Assembly: GCA_045593785.1 (NCBI GenBank)
Contig: JAZNXH010000185.1
Span: forward strand, 16,225 to 80,224
From: Lachnospiraceae bacterium
GTDB lineage: Bacteria > Bacillota > Clostridia > Lachnospirales > Lachnospiraceae
Direction of reading: 5' to 3'
Length of the DNA stretch: 64,000 nucleotides
Shown: positions 50,870 to 59,495 of the stretch, in pieces
How positions within the stretch are numbered: position 1 is the stretch's first letter
How the letters are laid out: each line of letters opens with the position of its first letter
Program-made: the position numbers and the translations under genes
Notes under the pieces: model-generated
What the model saw: only the letters and a program-made list of their open reading frames with translations
Databases searched by the model: none
What the model was told of the DNA's origin: nothing

Positions 50870-51157
50870 ATGTTTAAGATGAACCTTCAATTTTTCGCTC
50901 ATAAAAAGGGTGTAGGCTCCACGAAGAACGGTCGTGATTCCGAGTCTAAGCGTCTTGGCGCAAAGCGTGCTGACGGTCAGAAGGTTGTTGCAGGCAACAT
51001 CCTTTACAGACAGCGTGGTACTAAGATTCATCCGGGCCTTAACGTTGGCCGTGGCGGTGATGACACTCTGTTTGCATTAACAGATGGTGTATTAAGATTT
51101 GAGCGTATGGGTAAAGATAAGACCAGAGCGTCTGTTTATCCTGTTGAGGCGAAATAA
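50870..51157 (+). CDS. rpmA: 50S ribosomal protein L27 with an N-terminal propeptide
   Basis: [24 protein letters not shown]. The MxKxNLQFFA extension is the Prp substrate type. Confidence 0.97.
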   Translation: MFKMNLQFFAHKKGVGSTKNGRDSESKRLGAKRADGQKVVAGNILYRQRGTKIHPGLNVGRGGDDTLFALTDGVLRFERMGKDKTRASVYPVEAK

Positions 51158-51170
51158 TTATGAACTTTCG

Positions 51171-51202
51171 GAACCCTGGACGATGCTTCAGGGTTCTGTT
51201 TG
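51171..51202 (+). terminator. Weak terminator or attenuator hairpin between rpmA and obg
   Basis: gaaccctg / cagggttc 8-bp stem with a 10-nt loop, followed by tgtttg, which is a poor T-tract. Confidence 0.45.
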
Positions 51203-51222
51203 TATAAGAAACGAGGAAAATC

Positions 51223-52512
51223 ATGTTCAGTGATGTTGCAAAGATATATATACGTTCCGGTAAAGGCGGCGATGGTTGTGTCAGTTTCCGTAGAGAGATG
51301 TTTGTTGCAGCCGGTGGCCCGGACGGTGGTGACGGCGGCAGAGGCGGTAATGTTATTTTTGAAGTTGACGAAGGTATGAACACCTTGTCGGAATACCGTT
51401 TTATCCGTAAGTACAGTGCTGAGGATGGAGAAAACGGCAGAGGAAAACGTTGCTCCGGCAAAGATGGTGCAGATGTTATTCTTAAAGTCCCGGAAGGCAC
51501 GATTATTAAGGATGAGGCCAGTGGAAAAGTAATTGCCGATATGTCACACGAAAACCGTAGAGAGATTATTTTACGTGGTGGTCGCGGCGGTAAAGGCAAT
51601 CAACATTATGCAACTGCAACTATGCAGGTACCAAAATATGCTCAGCCGGGTCAGGATGCACAGGAACTGAATGTTATTTTGGAACTGAAAGTAATTGCCG
51701 ATGTTGGTCTGCTTGGCTTTCCAAACGTCGGTAAATCCACCTTGTTGTCCGGTGTAACAAATGCAAAGCCTAAAATTGCAAATTATCATTTTACAACACT
51801 GAACCCGAATCTTGGAGTTGTAGATTTACAGAATGGTGAAGGCTTTGTGATTGCGGATATCCCGGGACTGATAGAAGGTGCTTCTGAAGGCGTAGGACTC
51901 GGCCATGAATTTTTGAAGCATGTAGAACGAACCAAAGTACTTCTGCATATCGTTGATGCAGCTTCAGTAGAGGGACGTGATCCGATTGACGATATCCGTA
52001 CCATTAACAACGAATTAAAACAATATAATGAGGAACTTGCAAAGAAACCTCAGATTATTGTTGCAAATAAAATTGATGCAATGTTGCCGGAAGAGGCAGA
52101 AACGATTGTAGAGAAGATTCGCGAAGCATTCAAGGAAGAAGGATATCCTGTATATGCAATATCTGCAGTTAGTCATACCGGCATCCGGGAATTGATGTTC
52201 AAGGTAAATGATTTGCTTAAAACCATTCCGGATGCGCCAAAAGTATTTGAAAAAGAATTCTTTACAGAGAATCTTCGTGCTCAGGATGAACCGTTTACAG
52301 TAGAATATGATGCGGCGGAAGAAGAATATGTAGTAGAAGGTCCGAAGATTGAACGTATGCTTGGTTATACAAACATCGATACAGAAAAAGGCTTTGAATT
52401 CTTCCAGAAATTCCTGAAAGAAAACGGAATTCTTGATCAGTTAGAGGAACTTGGCATCAAAGACGGTGATACAGTTCGTCTGTATGGTTTGAAATTTGAC
52501 TATTACAAGTAA
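51223..52512 (+). CDS. obg: GTPase Obg/CgtA
   Basis: Gly-rich Obg fold (GGRGGKGN), G1 motif GFPNVGKST, and a C-terminal OCT domain. Confidence 0.97.
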   Translation: MFSDVAKIYIRSGKGGDGCVSFRREMFVAAGGPDGGDGGRGGNVIFEVDEGMNTLSEYRFIRKYSAEDGENGRGKRCSGKDGADVILKVPEGTIIKDEASGKVIADMSHENRREIILRGGRGGKGNQHYATATMQVPKYAQPGQDAQELNVILELKVIADVGLLGFPNVGKSTLLSGVTNAKPKIANYHFTTLNPNLGVVDLQNGEGFVIADIPGLIEGASEGVGLGHEFLKHVERTKVLLHIVDAASVEGRDPIDDIRTINNELKQYNEELAKKPQIIVANKIDAMLPEEAETIVEKIREAFKEEGYPVYAISAVSHTGIRELMFKVNDLLKTIPDAPKVFEKEFFTENLRAQDEPFTVEYDAAEEEYVVEGPKIERMLGYTNIDTEKGFEFFQKFLKENGILDQLEELGIKDGDTVRLYGLKFDYYK

Positions 52513-52525
52513 TGGGAGAGAACAT

Positions 52526-52816
52526 ATGACCAGTAAACAAAGAGCATATTTGAAAGGCCTTGCCATGACAATGGATCCGATTTTTCAGATTGGAAAACAG
52601 GCAATTACACCGGAGTTTACACAAGGAATTTCAGAAGCGTTAGAGTCCAGAGAATTGATTAAAATCAACGTATTAAAGAACTGTGCAGAAGATGTGAAGG
52701 AACTCGGTATCTTGCTTTCTGAGCGTACTCGTTCTGAATTGGTACAGGTGATTGGACGTAAGATAGTTCTTTATAAGGAATCCAAAGAGAAGAAAAAGAT
52801 TGAACTGCCGCAATAA
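52526..52816 (+). CDS. yhbY: YhbY-family (CRM domain) RNA-binding protein
   Basis: MTSKQRAYLKGLA... typical N-terminus. GGGAGAG RBS. Confidence 0.9.
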   Translation: MTSKQRAYLKGLAMTMDPIFQIGKQAITPEFTQGISEALESRELIKINVLKNCAEDVKELGILLSERTRSELVQVIGRKIVLYKESKEKKKIELPQ

Positions 52817-52841
52817 TCTGAAGCAAGGACATGGTCACGGA

Positions 52842-54074
52842 ATGAATAGAATCGGTATTTTAGGCGGGACATTTAACCCCATTCATAATGCACATATCAG
52901 GGTGGCCGAAGAGGCGTTACAACAGTTCACGCTGGATAAGATATGGTTCATGCCGGCCGGCATACCGCCGCATAAGCAGAATGATGAACTGGTATCTGCT
53001 GGACATCGTTGCAATATGATTCTTGCTGCAATTGATGGACACGAACAATTCGAACTGTTTGATTATGAAATAAAAAAAGACTCTTTAAGTTATACCGCTC
53101 ATACGATGGCAGAACTGAGGGAACTCTATCCTGATATGGAGTTTTATTTTATTATCGGTGGTGATTCACTCTTAAAATTTGAAAAATGGCGGGAACCGGA
53201 GAAGATTGTCCGACTTACAAATATACTCGCCTGTGGCAGAGCCGGTGAGGACAACGCTTCCGTGCAGGAGAAAATCAATGAATTGAATGCAAAATGGAGT
53301 TGCAATATCCGGTATTTTGAAGTGCCAATGATGAAAATTGCATCACAGGAGATACGTGCTTCTTTTGCAGAAAGCGATAATGACAAATTTCCGTCAAAGG
53401 TGACAGAAATGGTTCCACAGAGGGTAAGTGATTATATTTGTACCAATTGTCTGTATGGTGCCGGGAACAATATGCAATCACAGGAGGAGATAATAACAAA
53501 GCTTTCTTCTTTGTTGTCACCGCATCGTTTCCGTCATGTGCTGGGTGTTGCAAATCTTGCTGCCGGCATTGCCATGGCGCACGGAAGAGTGGATATCAAT
53601 ACTTTTCTATATGCCGGTTTGCTACATGACTGTGCCAAGTATATGAAGTATGATGAGATGTTATTGTTTGCCAAGGAACATGAACTGGATGTCACACCAT
53701 ATCTTGGGGAGATGAGCTTTCAACTTCATGCTGTTTTAGGTGAATATATTGCAAAAACCTTGTATGGTGTAAGTGATGTTGATATTCTGAATGCAATCCG
53801 TTATCATACGGTAGGGCATCTGAATATGTCATTCTTGGAGAAATGCATCTTCTTAGCAGATTATTTGGAACCCTCACGGGACTTTCCTACTAAGCCTACG
53901 CTGCCACAGATGAGGCAAATGGCATTTTTTAATGTGGATAAGACCTTGTATTATGTAATGAAGAATAAACTTGCTCATATTAAGTCCTGTGGAACAACAC
54001 TGGATGACACGACTGAGCAGGTGTTTGAAGAATGCCGGGTAAACTTGATTCGTCGGGGAGAATCAGTCGAATAG
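52842..54074 (+). CDS. nadD: Fusion of nicotinate-nucleotide adenylyltransferase (NadD) with a YqeK-type HD phosphohydrolase
   Basis: The N-terminal half has GGTFNPIHNAH. The C-terminal half has HRFRHVLGV...GLLHDCAK. Both lie in one uninterrupted frame. Confidence 0.88.
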   Translation: MNRIGILGGTFNPIHNAHIRVAEEALQQFTLDKIWFMPAGIPPHKQNDELVSAGHRCNMILAAIDGHEQFELFDYEIKKDSLSYTAHTMAELRELYPDMEFYFIIGGDSLLKFEKWREPEKIVRLTNILACGRAGEDNASVQEKINELNAKWSCNIRYFEVPMMKIASQEIRASFAESDNDKFPSKVTEMVPQRVSDYICTNCLYGAGNNMQSQEEIITKLSSLLSPHRFRHVLGVANLAAGIAMAHGRVDINTFLYAGLLHDCAKYMKYDEMLLFAKEHELDVTPYLGEMSFQLHAVLGEYIAKTLYGVSDVDILNAIRYHTVGHLNMSFLEKCIFLADYLEPSRDFPTKPTLPQMRQMAFFNVDKTLYYVMKNKLAHIKSCGTTLDDTTEQVFEECRVNLIRRGESVE

Positions 54075-54148
54075 AAGCTTATAAATATGAATTGAAATAC
54101 TTTGTACTGCAGTTATAATGCAAAGAAAATGAAAGGCAGGTAACTAAC

Positions 54149-54505
54149 TTGAATCAGAATAACTCAAATGAAATTGTTAAGATTGCGCATCATGCAATGG
54201 ATATTAAGATGGCAGAAGATATTCGTATCATAAAAATCAGTGATATCTCAGTCATTGCAGATTATTTTATCATAGCAAACGGTACCAATGCACCACAGGT
54301 AGAAGCGATTGTGGATTCCGTTGAATTTGAACTTGGTAAAGCAGGATATCATGCTGCCAGAATCGAAGGTGTTAAATCCAGTGGCTGGATTTTGATGGAT
54401 TACGGCGATGTCATTGTTCATGTATTTGCAAAAGAAGACCGTTTATTTTATGATTTAGAACGCGTATGGAGAGACGGAACGACAGTGACAATTGAGGAAT
54501 TATAA
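54149..54505 (+). CDS. rsfS: Ribosome silencing factor RsfS
   Basis: Typical RsfS core (DYFIIANGTNAPQVEAI ... WILMDYGDVIVHVF). TTG start. Confidence 0.92.
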   Translation: MNQNNSNEIVKIAHHAMDIKMAEDIRIIKISDISVIADYFIIANGTNAPQVEAIVDSVEFELGKAGYHAARIEGVKSSGWILMDYGDVIVHVFAKEDRLFYDLERVWRDGTTVTIEEL

Positions 54506-54513
54506 TAGTTAAT

Positions 54514-54550
54514 AAAAAAGCTGATGAATCTGAGTTCATCAGCTTTTCTT
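54514..54550. terminator. Bidirectional terminator between rsfS (+) and lexA (-)
   Basis: 13-bp stem aaaagctgatgaa / ttcatcagctttt flanked by A- and T-tracts. Confidence 0.8.
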
Positions 54551-54566
54551 TATGTAGTATTCATAA

Positions 54567-55181
54567 TTAGAACATGCGGAAGAGTCCGATTACTTTACCA
54601 AGGATAGAAACTTCATTAACAATGATTGGATCCATGGTATCATTCTCAGGCTGTAAACGGTAGTAACCATTTTCTTTATAAAAAGTTTTTACTGTAACAG
54701 AGTCATCAATCAAAGCCACAACAAAATCACCGTTATATGCTGTATTTTGTTTCTGAACAAGAATCTGGTCACCATCAAAAATACCGGCGTTAATCATGCT
54801 TTCGCCTTTTACACGCAGCATAAAGGTCTCATGATTCGGCATATATTCCATCGGGATAGGAAAGTAGCCTTCAATATTTTCAACTGCTAAAATAGGCTGT
54901 CCTGCAGTCACAGTACCTACCATAGGTACATTCACCAATTCACGGCGTGTCAGGTTATAACAATCATCCACAATCTCAATCGCACGCGGTTTGGATGGGT
55001 CCCTTCTGATATAACCATTTTTCTCAAGTGATTCCAGATGAGAGTGTACAGAAGAAGTAGACTTGAGATTTACAGCTTCACAGATTTCACGAACCGATGG
55101 GGGAAAACCACGATTGATAATCTGTGCCTTCATATAATCAAGAATCTCTTGCTGTTTATCAGTAATCTTACCGTATGACAT
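54567..55181 (-). CDS. lexA: LexA repressor
   Basis: Winged-helix N-terminus, an AG cleavage site (TAGQP), and the Ser/Lys dyad regions (GESMINAGI; TVKTF). Confidence 0.96.
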   Translation of the reverse strand: MSYGKITDKQQEILDYMKAQIINRGFPPSVREICEAVNLKSTSSVHSHLESLEKNGYIRRDPSKPRAIEIVDDCYNLTRRELVNVPMVGTVTAGQPILAVENIEGYFPIPMEYMPNHETFMLRVKGESMINAGIFDGDQILVQKQNTAYNGDFVVALIDDSVTVKTFYKENGYYRLQPENDTMDPIIVNEVSILGKVIGLFRMF

Positions 55182-55223
55182 AAATACCTCCGAATAATCG
55201 TTTATATGTTATCTGTCGTAAAG

Positions 55224-55284
55224 GAAACATCTGTTCTGATATTAGTATATCAAAGAATTTTCACAATGTCAAAACAAATGTTCG
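55224..55284 (-). promoter_or_regulatory. lexA promoter flanked by two imperfect LexA (Cheo) boxes
   Basis: On the minus strand: TTGACA (55267-55272), 17-nt spacer, TATACT (55244-55249). The boxes read CGAACATTTGTTTT (55271-55284) and AGAACAGATGTTTC (55224-55237). Confidence 0.6.
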
Positions 55285-55313
55285 GATTTTTTGATATTTT
55301 TTTCATAAAGCTA

Positions 55314-55342
55314 TTGACAAACCGAACGACTGTTCGTATAAT
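55314..55342 (+). promoter_or_regulatory. Consensus sigma-A promoter of the LysM gene
   Basis: TTGACA (55314-55319), 17-nt spacer, TATAAT (55337-55342). Confidence 0.75.
55323..55336. promoter_or_regulatory. Perfect LexA (Cheo) box inside the promoter spacer
   Basis: CGAACGACTGTTCG matches CGAAC-N4-GTTCG exactly. Confidence 0.85.
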
Positions 55343-55346
55343 GAAG

Positions 55347-55373
55347 AAAACAAACGTTCGGAACATTTGTTCG
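55347..55373. promoter_or_regulatory. Two further abutting LexA boxes in the leader
   Basis: AAAACAAACGTTCG (55347-55360) and GGAACATTTGTTCG (55360-55373) share one G. Confidence 0.65.
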
Positions 55374-55391
55374 TAGCTTATGGAGGTAATT

Positions 55392-55751
55392 ATGGAAAAC
55401 TATTTATCTTATAAAGAACGACTTGAGATTAGCAAGAGGAAACGTGCAGAACAACTTCGTAAAAGACTGATCATGGTATTTATTGTTGTTTTAGTTTTTG
55501 CATCCACAGTTCTTGCTATTACACAACGTGCGTCTGCAGATACCATTGAGACACGTCGTAAAACCTGCACATCAGTTGAAGTACAACCTGGGGATACCTT
55601 ATGGAGCATTGCAGAGAGTTATTATACAGAAGAATGTGTAGATATCTGTACATATATTGATGAGATTAAAAAGACAAACAATCTGTATGATGACAAGATT
55701 GTTTCCGGAAATTATCTTATTGTTCCGTACTATAAAGCATGTGCTGAATAG
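55392..55751 (+). CDS. Small TM + LysM protein (YneA-like candidate SOS cell-division inhibitor)
   Basis: ATG at 55392 follows GGAGG. One TM helix and a C-terminal LysM domain (VQPGDTLWSIAESYY...YLIVPY). It is divergent from lexA and sits behind three Cheo boxes. Confidence 0.8.
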   Translation: MENYLSYKERLEISKRKRAEQLRKRLIMVFIVVLVFASTVLAITQRASADTIETRRKTCTSVEVQPGDTLWSIAESYYTEECVDICTYIDEIKKTNNLYDDKIVSGNYLIVPYYKACAE

Positions 55752-55772
55752 AATTATATTTGATATTAAATT

Positions 55773-55800
55773 ACTGCCTGTATGTACTCATACAGGCAGT
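55773..55800. terminator. Hairpin shared by the convergent LysM and ttcA-like genes
   Basis: Perfect 12-bp stem actgcctgtatg / catacaggcagt with a 4-nt loop. It overlaps the ttcA-like stop codon. T-tracts are weak. Confidence 0.6.
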
Positions 55801-56510
55801 TTCCATGATGGCAGTAAGCCTGCCGTTATTGCTGCAAAAAGACGGTCTTTTGTTCCCTCGTTTTCTTGTTCTAGAGATTTGATCAGATTCTTAATATATT
55901 CACGTTTGGTCACACCATCTGCAGGACAGGTATTCTTTACAACAGGAAGGTTGTAAAGGTTCTGAAAACCTACAATATCACACTCCGGAACATAAATTAA
56001 TGGTCGTATCAGAGTAATATCCATTCGATCCAAATATGTTACAGGGGCAAATGTATAATAACGTCCTTCGTATATCAGTGACATAAGTGAGGTTTCGATG
56101 ACATCATCCTGATGATGCGCATATGCAGATTTATTACATCCCAATTCCTTGGCTTTTTCATTAAATGCACCTTTTCTCATCTTAGCACAGAGAGAGCAAG
56201 GATTTTCTTCTTTCCGGATATCAAAGATAACATTCGCTATTTCCGTTTCAACTATGGTGTAAGGAACTTTAAGTTCTTCACAGAGCTTTTCAATCGGTGA
56301 GAAATCCATTCCTTCAAATCCCAGTTTTACCGTAATCGCTTCAATTGTAAATTTGTTGGGATAAAAGCGTCGTAAACCGGCTAATGCGTATAACAACGCT
56401 AAACTGTCTTTACCACCGGAGATGCCTACGGCTATCTTATCACCGGGTTGTATCATTTGAAAATCATCGACAGCCCGCCGTGTATAGCTTAATAATCGTT
56501 GTAATTTCAT
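55788..56510 (-). CDS. PP-loop ATPase, TtcA-like tRNA thiolation enzyme
   Basis: SGGKDS PP-loop and a CSLCAKMRKG cysteine motif. GAAAGG RBS. Confidence 0.85.
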   Translation of the reverse strand: MKLQRLLSYTRRAVDDFQMIQPGDKIAVGISGGKDSLALLYALAGLRRFYPNKFTIEAITVKLGFEGMDFSPIEKLCEELKVPYTIVETEIANVIFDIRKEENPCSLCAKMRKGAFNEKAKELGCNKSAYAHHQDDVIETSLMSLIYEGRYYTFAPVTYLDRMDITLIRPLIYVPECDIVGFQNLYNLPVVKNTCPADGVTKREYIKNLIKSLEQENEGTKDRLFAAITAGLLPSWKLPV

Positions 56511-56530
56511 TTACATAGAACCTTTCGATA

Positions 56531-57586
56531 TTAGTTATCTTCGCGAAGTTTTACCGCATTTCTTGCCATACGGCGACGTTCTTCTTCAATCGCAGCATAA
56601 TGCTTTTTCGTAGTGTTTACATCTTTATGGCCAAGTACATCAGCTACAAGATAAATATCGCCTGTTTCGCGGTATAATGACGTTCCATAGGTACTTCGAA
56701 GCTTATGTGGCGTAATATGCTTTCCGGGTGTTACGTTTGATGCATATTTTTTCACCATATATTCGATGTTTCGTACGCTCATGCGGGTATTACGTGAAGA
56801 GAGAAACAATGCATTCTCATGTCCTGTTTCTGCCTGCTTCATTTTTCGCTCTTCGAGATAGGAGAGTAGTGCATCGCATACTTCATCACCAAAGTAAACA
56901 AACGCTTCATAACCACCTTTTCTTGTCACTTTAATACGTGTATTTTTAATATCAACATCCGACAAGTTCAGTCCGACACATTCGGACACACGAATTCCGG
57001 TTCCAAGCATCAGGGTAAGGATTGCAAGATCACGGACACCGTTTTTGTCATGAAATTCTTTTTGTTTTTTTGTTAATTGCGCGCCGGATTCAACTTCATC
57101 AAGAAAATTTGCTGTTTCATCCTCATCAAAACGTATAATCGCTTTGTCATGCAATTTCGGCATATTTACTTGCAAAATAGGATTTTCATTGATGATTTTA
57201 TTTTTGTGAAAATATTGGTACATGCATCGCAGTGCAGATAATTTTCGCTTTATGCTACGTTCATGGTTTACAACATCATTTCCGTTTTTATCAATATATA
57301 GCTTCAGATATTGGATATATTGTTCGAAATCTTCAGCCTTTAATTCTGTCAAAATGTTAATAGAAAATTCAGTGATATCAGTATCAGAATACTTTTTATA
57401 ATTTAATTGAATGTATTCAAAGAAGTTTTTTAAATCTGTAGCATACGCGACACGAGTACGTGCAGCGGTCGTCTGATCAATTGCAATAAAAAATTGTCGC
57501 GTAAAGCCCGGTAGTTGATCCTGGATTTCACGCAGTTGCTTTGTATACTTAATAATCGATTGTTCGTGATAAGTACGTTCTGCCAT
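56531..57586 (-). CDS. Tyrosine recombinase/integrase (Xer-like)
   Basis: Catalytic region ...GIRVSE..., HKLRSTYGT, LGHKDVNTTKKHY. ATG at 57586 follows GAGGT; the listed start at 57616 lacks an RBS. Confidence 0.88.
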   Translation of the reverse strand: MAERTYHEQSIIKYTKQLREIQDQLPGFTRQFFIAIDQTTAARTRVAYATDLKNFFEYIQLNYKKYSDTDITEFSINILTELKAEDFEQYIQYLKLYIDKNGNDVVNHERSIKRKLSALRCMYQYFHKNKIINENPILQVNMPKLHDKAIIRFDEDETANFLDEVESGAQLTKKQKEFHDKNGVRDLAILTLMLGTGIRVSECVGLNLSDVDIKNTRIKVTRKGGYEAFVYFGDEVCDALLSYLEERKMKQAETGHENALFLSSRNTRMSVRNIEYMVKKYASNVTPGKHITPHKLRSTYGTSLYRETGDIYLVADVLGHKDVNTTKKHYAAIEEERRRMARNAVKLREDN

Positions 57587-57656
57587 TAAAAACCTCGTCA
57601 TTATTTCGTTAAACATAGATTTAGCGAAAAGATGTGTATGCCATAAAAGAACTCTT

Positions 57657-58040
57657 CTATGGTCTTAAACTACGTTCAGACAAGACTCTCTGTAACTCGA
57701 GTATCTCAGAATTACTCAGTTCCTGATTGCGTAAATACTCATAAAAAAACGTTGATAATGAACTGTTAAATAATTTATCTAATAATACCTTTGTCTCAAT
57801 CTTTTGCACGGTACGTTTGGATACATTGGCACGACAAATAAAGCCCGGTTCCTCACGTACAATGGCCCCTTTATCAATCAATCGTTTGATTACAGTATAT
57901 GTAGTGTTTTTTTCCCAGCCGATATATTCTTTAATAATCTTTGCAATATCTTTGGCTGCAAGCGATTTATTGGACCATAACAGTTCCATTACATTTAATT
58001 CGCCTTCATGTAATCTTAATTCTGTGCTTTGCTGTTCCAT
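57657..58040 (-). CDS. BlaI/MecI/CopY-family winged-helix repressor
   Basis: 127 aa with a typical N-terminus (ELNVMELLW...AKDI...WEKNTTYTVIKRLIDKGAI). GGGGTGG RBS. Confidence 0.85.
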   Translation of the reverse strand: MEQQSTELRLHEGELNVMELLWSNKSLAAKDIAKIIKEYIGWEKNTTYTVIKRLIDKGAIVREEPGFICRANVSKRTVQKIETKVLLDKLFNSSLSTFFYEYLRNQELSNSEILELQRVLSERSLRP

Positions 58041-58169
58041 ATTACTACCACCCCGAACAAAAATGTATTGACAAATCTTATACTACCGCAATAGAACCGA
58101 AAAGTCAAGTGCTAAAACCAAAATAATCAGCACATATCACAGCAAAACGACCAGTGTAGAATTGTGTGT

Positions 58170-59489
58170 TTATAGGCAAAACAGCGAATATACCGGACAA
58201 GCAATACATTGTTCATCAACACTAAAATTGTGTGTTCCGAATTTATAAAACTTCGATATTGGAAACTTTTGTCGAAATACATGCATACTTTTTGAACGTT
58301 TATTTTCGAGTAATTTTATCTCAATTGGCGTAATACTGTTGTCGAATAACGAAATATAGTCAATTTTTGATAAAGAACCGGATTCCCAAAATACGGTTTG
58401 ATAGCCTCTCGCTTTTAATGTAGATAATAGATATGTTTCTGCTAATAACTGATACATTTTTTCGTCTTGTGTATCATCGTCTGATATATCCTCTTCTACC
58501 TCTACATAATGATAATCAGACGCTTGAACCATTGTATATAGCATGCCGCAATCATTCAAAAACAGACGGAATTGATTTTCATGGTGCAAAACACTAATTA
58601 TATCATTCGCTTGTTCAAAATCCGCTTTTTCAATCTTATTTACGAGATGTAAATCAGAAAGATATTGTAATTCTGTTCGATATAAATTGTGTGTTGCCCC
58701 TTTTCGGATCAAATTATATCGATAGTTTTTATTGTCTTTTGTTAATTGTTCCGGAATGTGTTGAGATAACTGAAGCAATTTGGTACAACTGCTCTCATTA
58801 TATCGTTTGAATTGTGCCAAATATATCTCATAGAGATTTCGATGAATCGATGCAATATTGTTCATATTTTCAGTATGCATATACTCATTGATTGCTGCCG
58901 GCATACCACCGATTCTTAAATAATCGCGAAACAGGTTTAACATCTCTTTATGAACAATTTCAGGGATTTTTTTCTTGGTTTGATAATGCGCCTGAATAAT
59001 TTCAGTATACCATTCGGATCCGATTGCCTTAAGGTACTCATCAAACTCCAATGGAGAAACAGTATAAACGCTACACTGCTGATACAAGATTTCATTTGGT
59101 GTAATGGTCGATATAATTATCAAATGAAATGGGTAAGTAACAGCTGTAATTTTCTCAAGTAATGAGCTTAATTCGGGAAACCAATCAAAATCATCCAGGA
59201 TAATGAGAAATTCACTTAACCATTCAATCGGAATCTGATAATAACTTTGAAGGAATTGCTTGAAATCCGTTGTATCCTGTAAAGCAAAGGCAAACAATTC
59301 TTTTTTTAGCTTGTAATCATTTTTTGGGTTAATATATAAATAACTATTGTAAAATTTCTTGGCAAGTTCCTGCGAAAGATATGTTTTTCCGGTTCCCGGA
59401 GCGCCGGTTAATAGTAATGCTTTTTCACTGTTGCCATTATTCCAATTGATTATTTTATCAAAAACATTTCGCTTCAAACGGCGTTCCAC
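58170..59489 (-). CDS. AAA-type ATPase (COG1373/DUF4143-like)
   Basis: Walker A GAPGTGKTYL and Walker B ILDDFDW. The start is uncertain between GTG 59489 and TTG 59477. Confidence 0.85.
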   Translation of the reverse strand: MERRLKRNVFDKIINWNNGNSEKALLLTGAPGTGKTYLSQELAKKFYNSYLYINPKNDYKLKKELFAFALQDTTDFKQFLQSYYQIPIEWLSEFLIILDDFDWFPELSSLLEKITAVTYPFHLIIISTITPNEILYQQCSVYTVSPLEFDEYLKAIGSEWYTEIIQAHYQTKKKIPEIVHKEMLNLFRDYLRIGGMPAAINEYMHTENMNNIASIHRNLYEIYLAQFKRYNESSCTKLLQLSQHIPEQLTKDNKNYRYNLIRKGATHNLYRTELQYLSDLHLVNKIEKADFEQANDIISVLHHENQFRLFLNDCGMLYTMVQASDYHYVEVEEDISDDDTQDEKMYQLLAETYLLSTLKARGYQTVFWESGSLSKIDYISLFDNSITPIEIKLLENKRSKSMHVFRQKFPISKFYKFGTHNFSVDEQCIACPVYSLFCL

Positions 59490-59495
59490 TCCTCT

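Noticed and set aside
51039-51599. 186-aa Pro/Ser-rich minus-strand ORF
   Set aside because: It is the antisense reading of the Gly-rich Obg N-terminus and of rpmA. The low-complexity PPxPP runs are an artefact of GGN codons on the other strand.
56531-57616. Recombinase as evidence for an integrated prophage or ICE
   Set aside because: No phage or conjugation genes, tRNA target, or flanking direct repeats are visible. The neighbours are 20-40 nt away and co-directional. It is kept only as a low-confidence accessory-trio finding.
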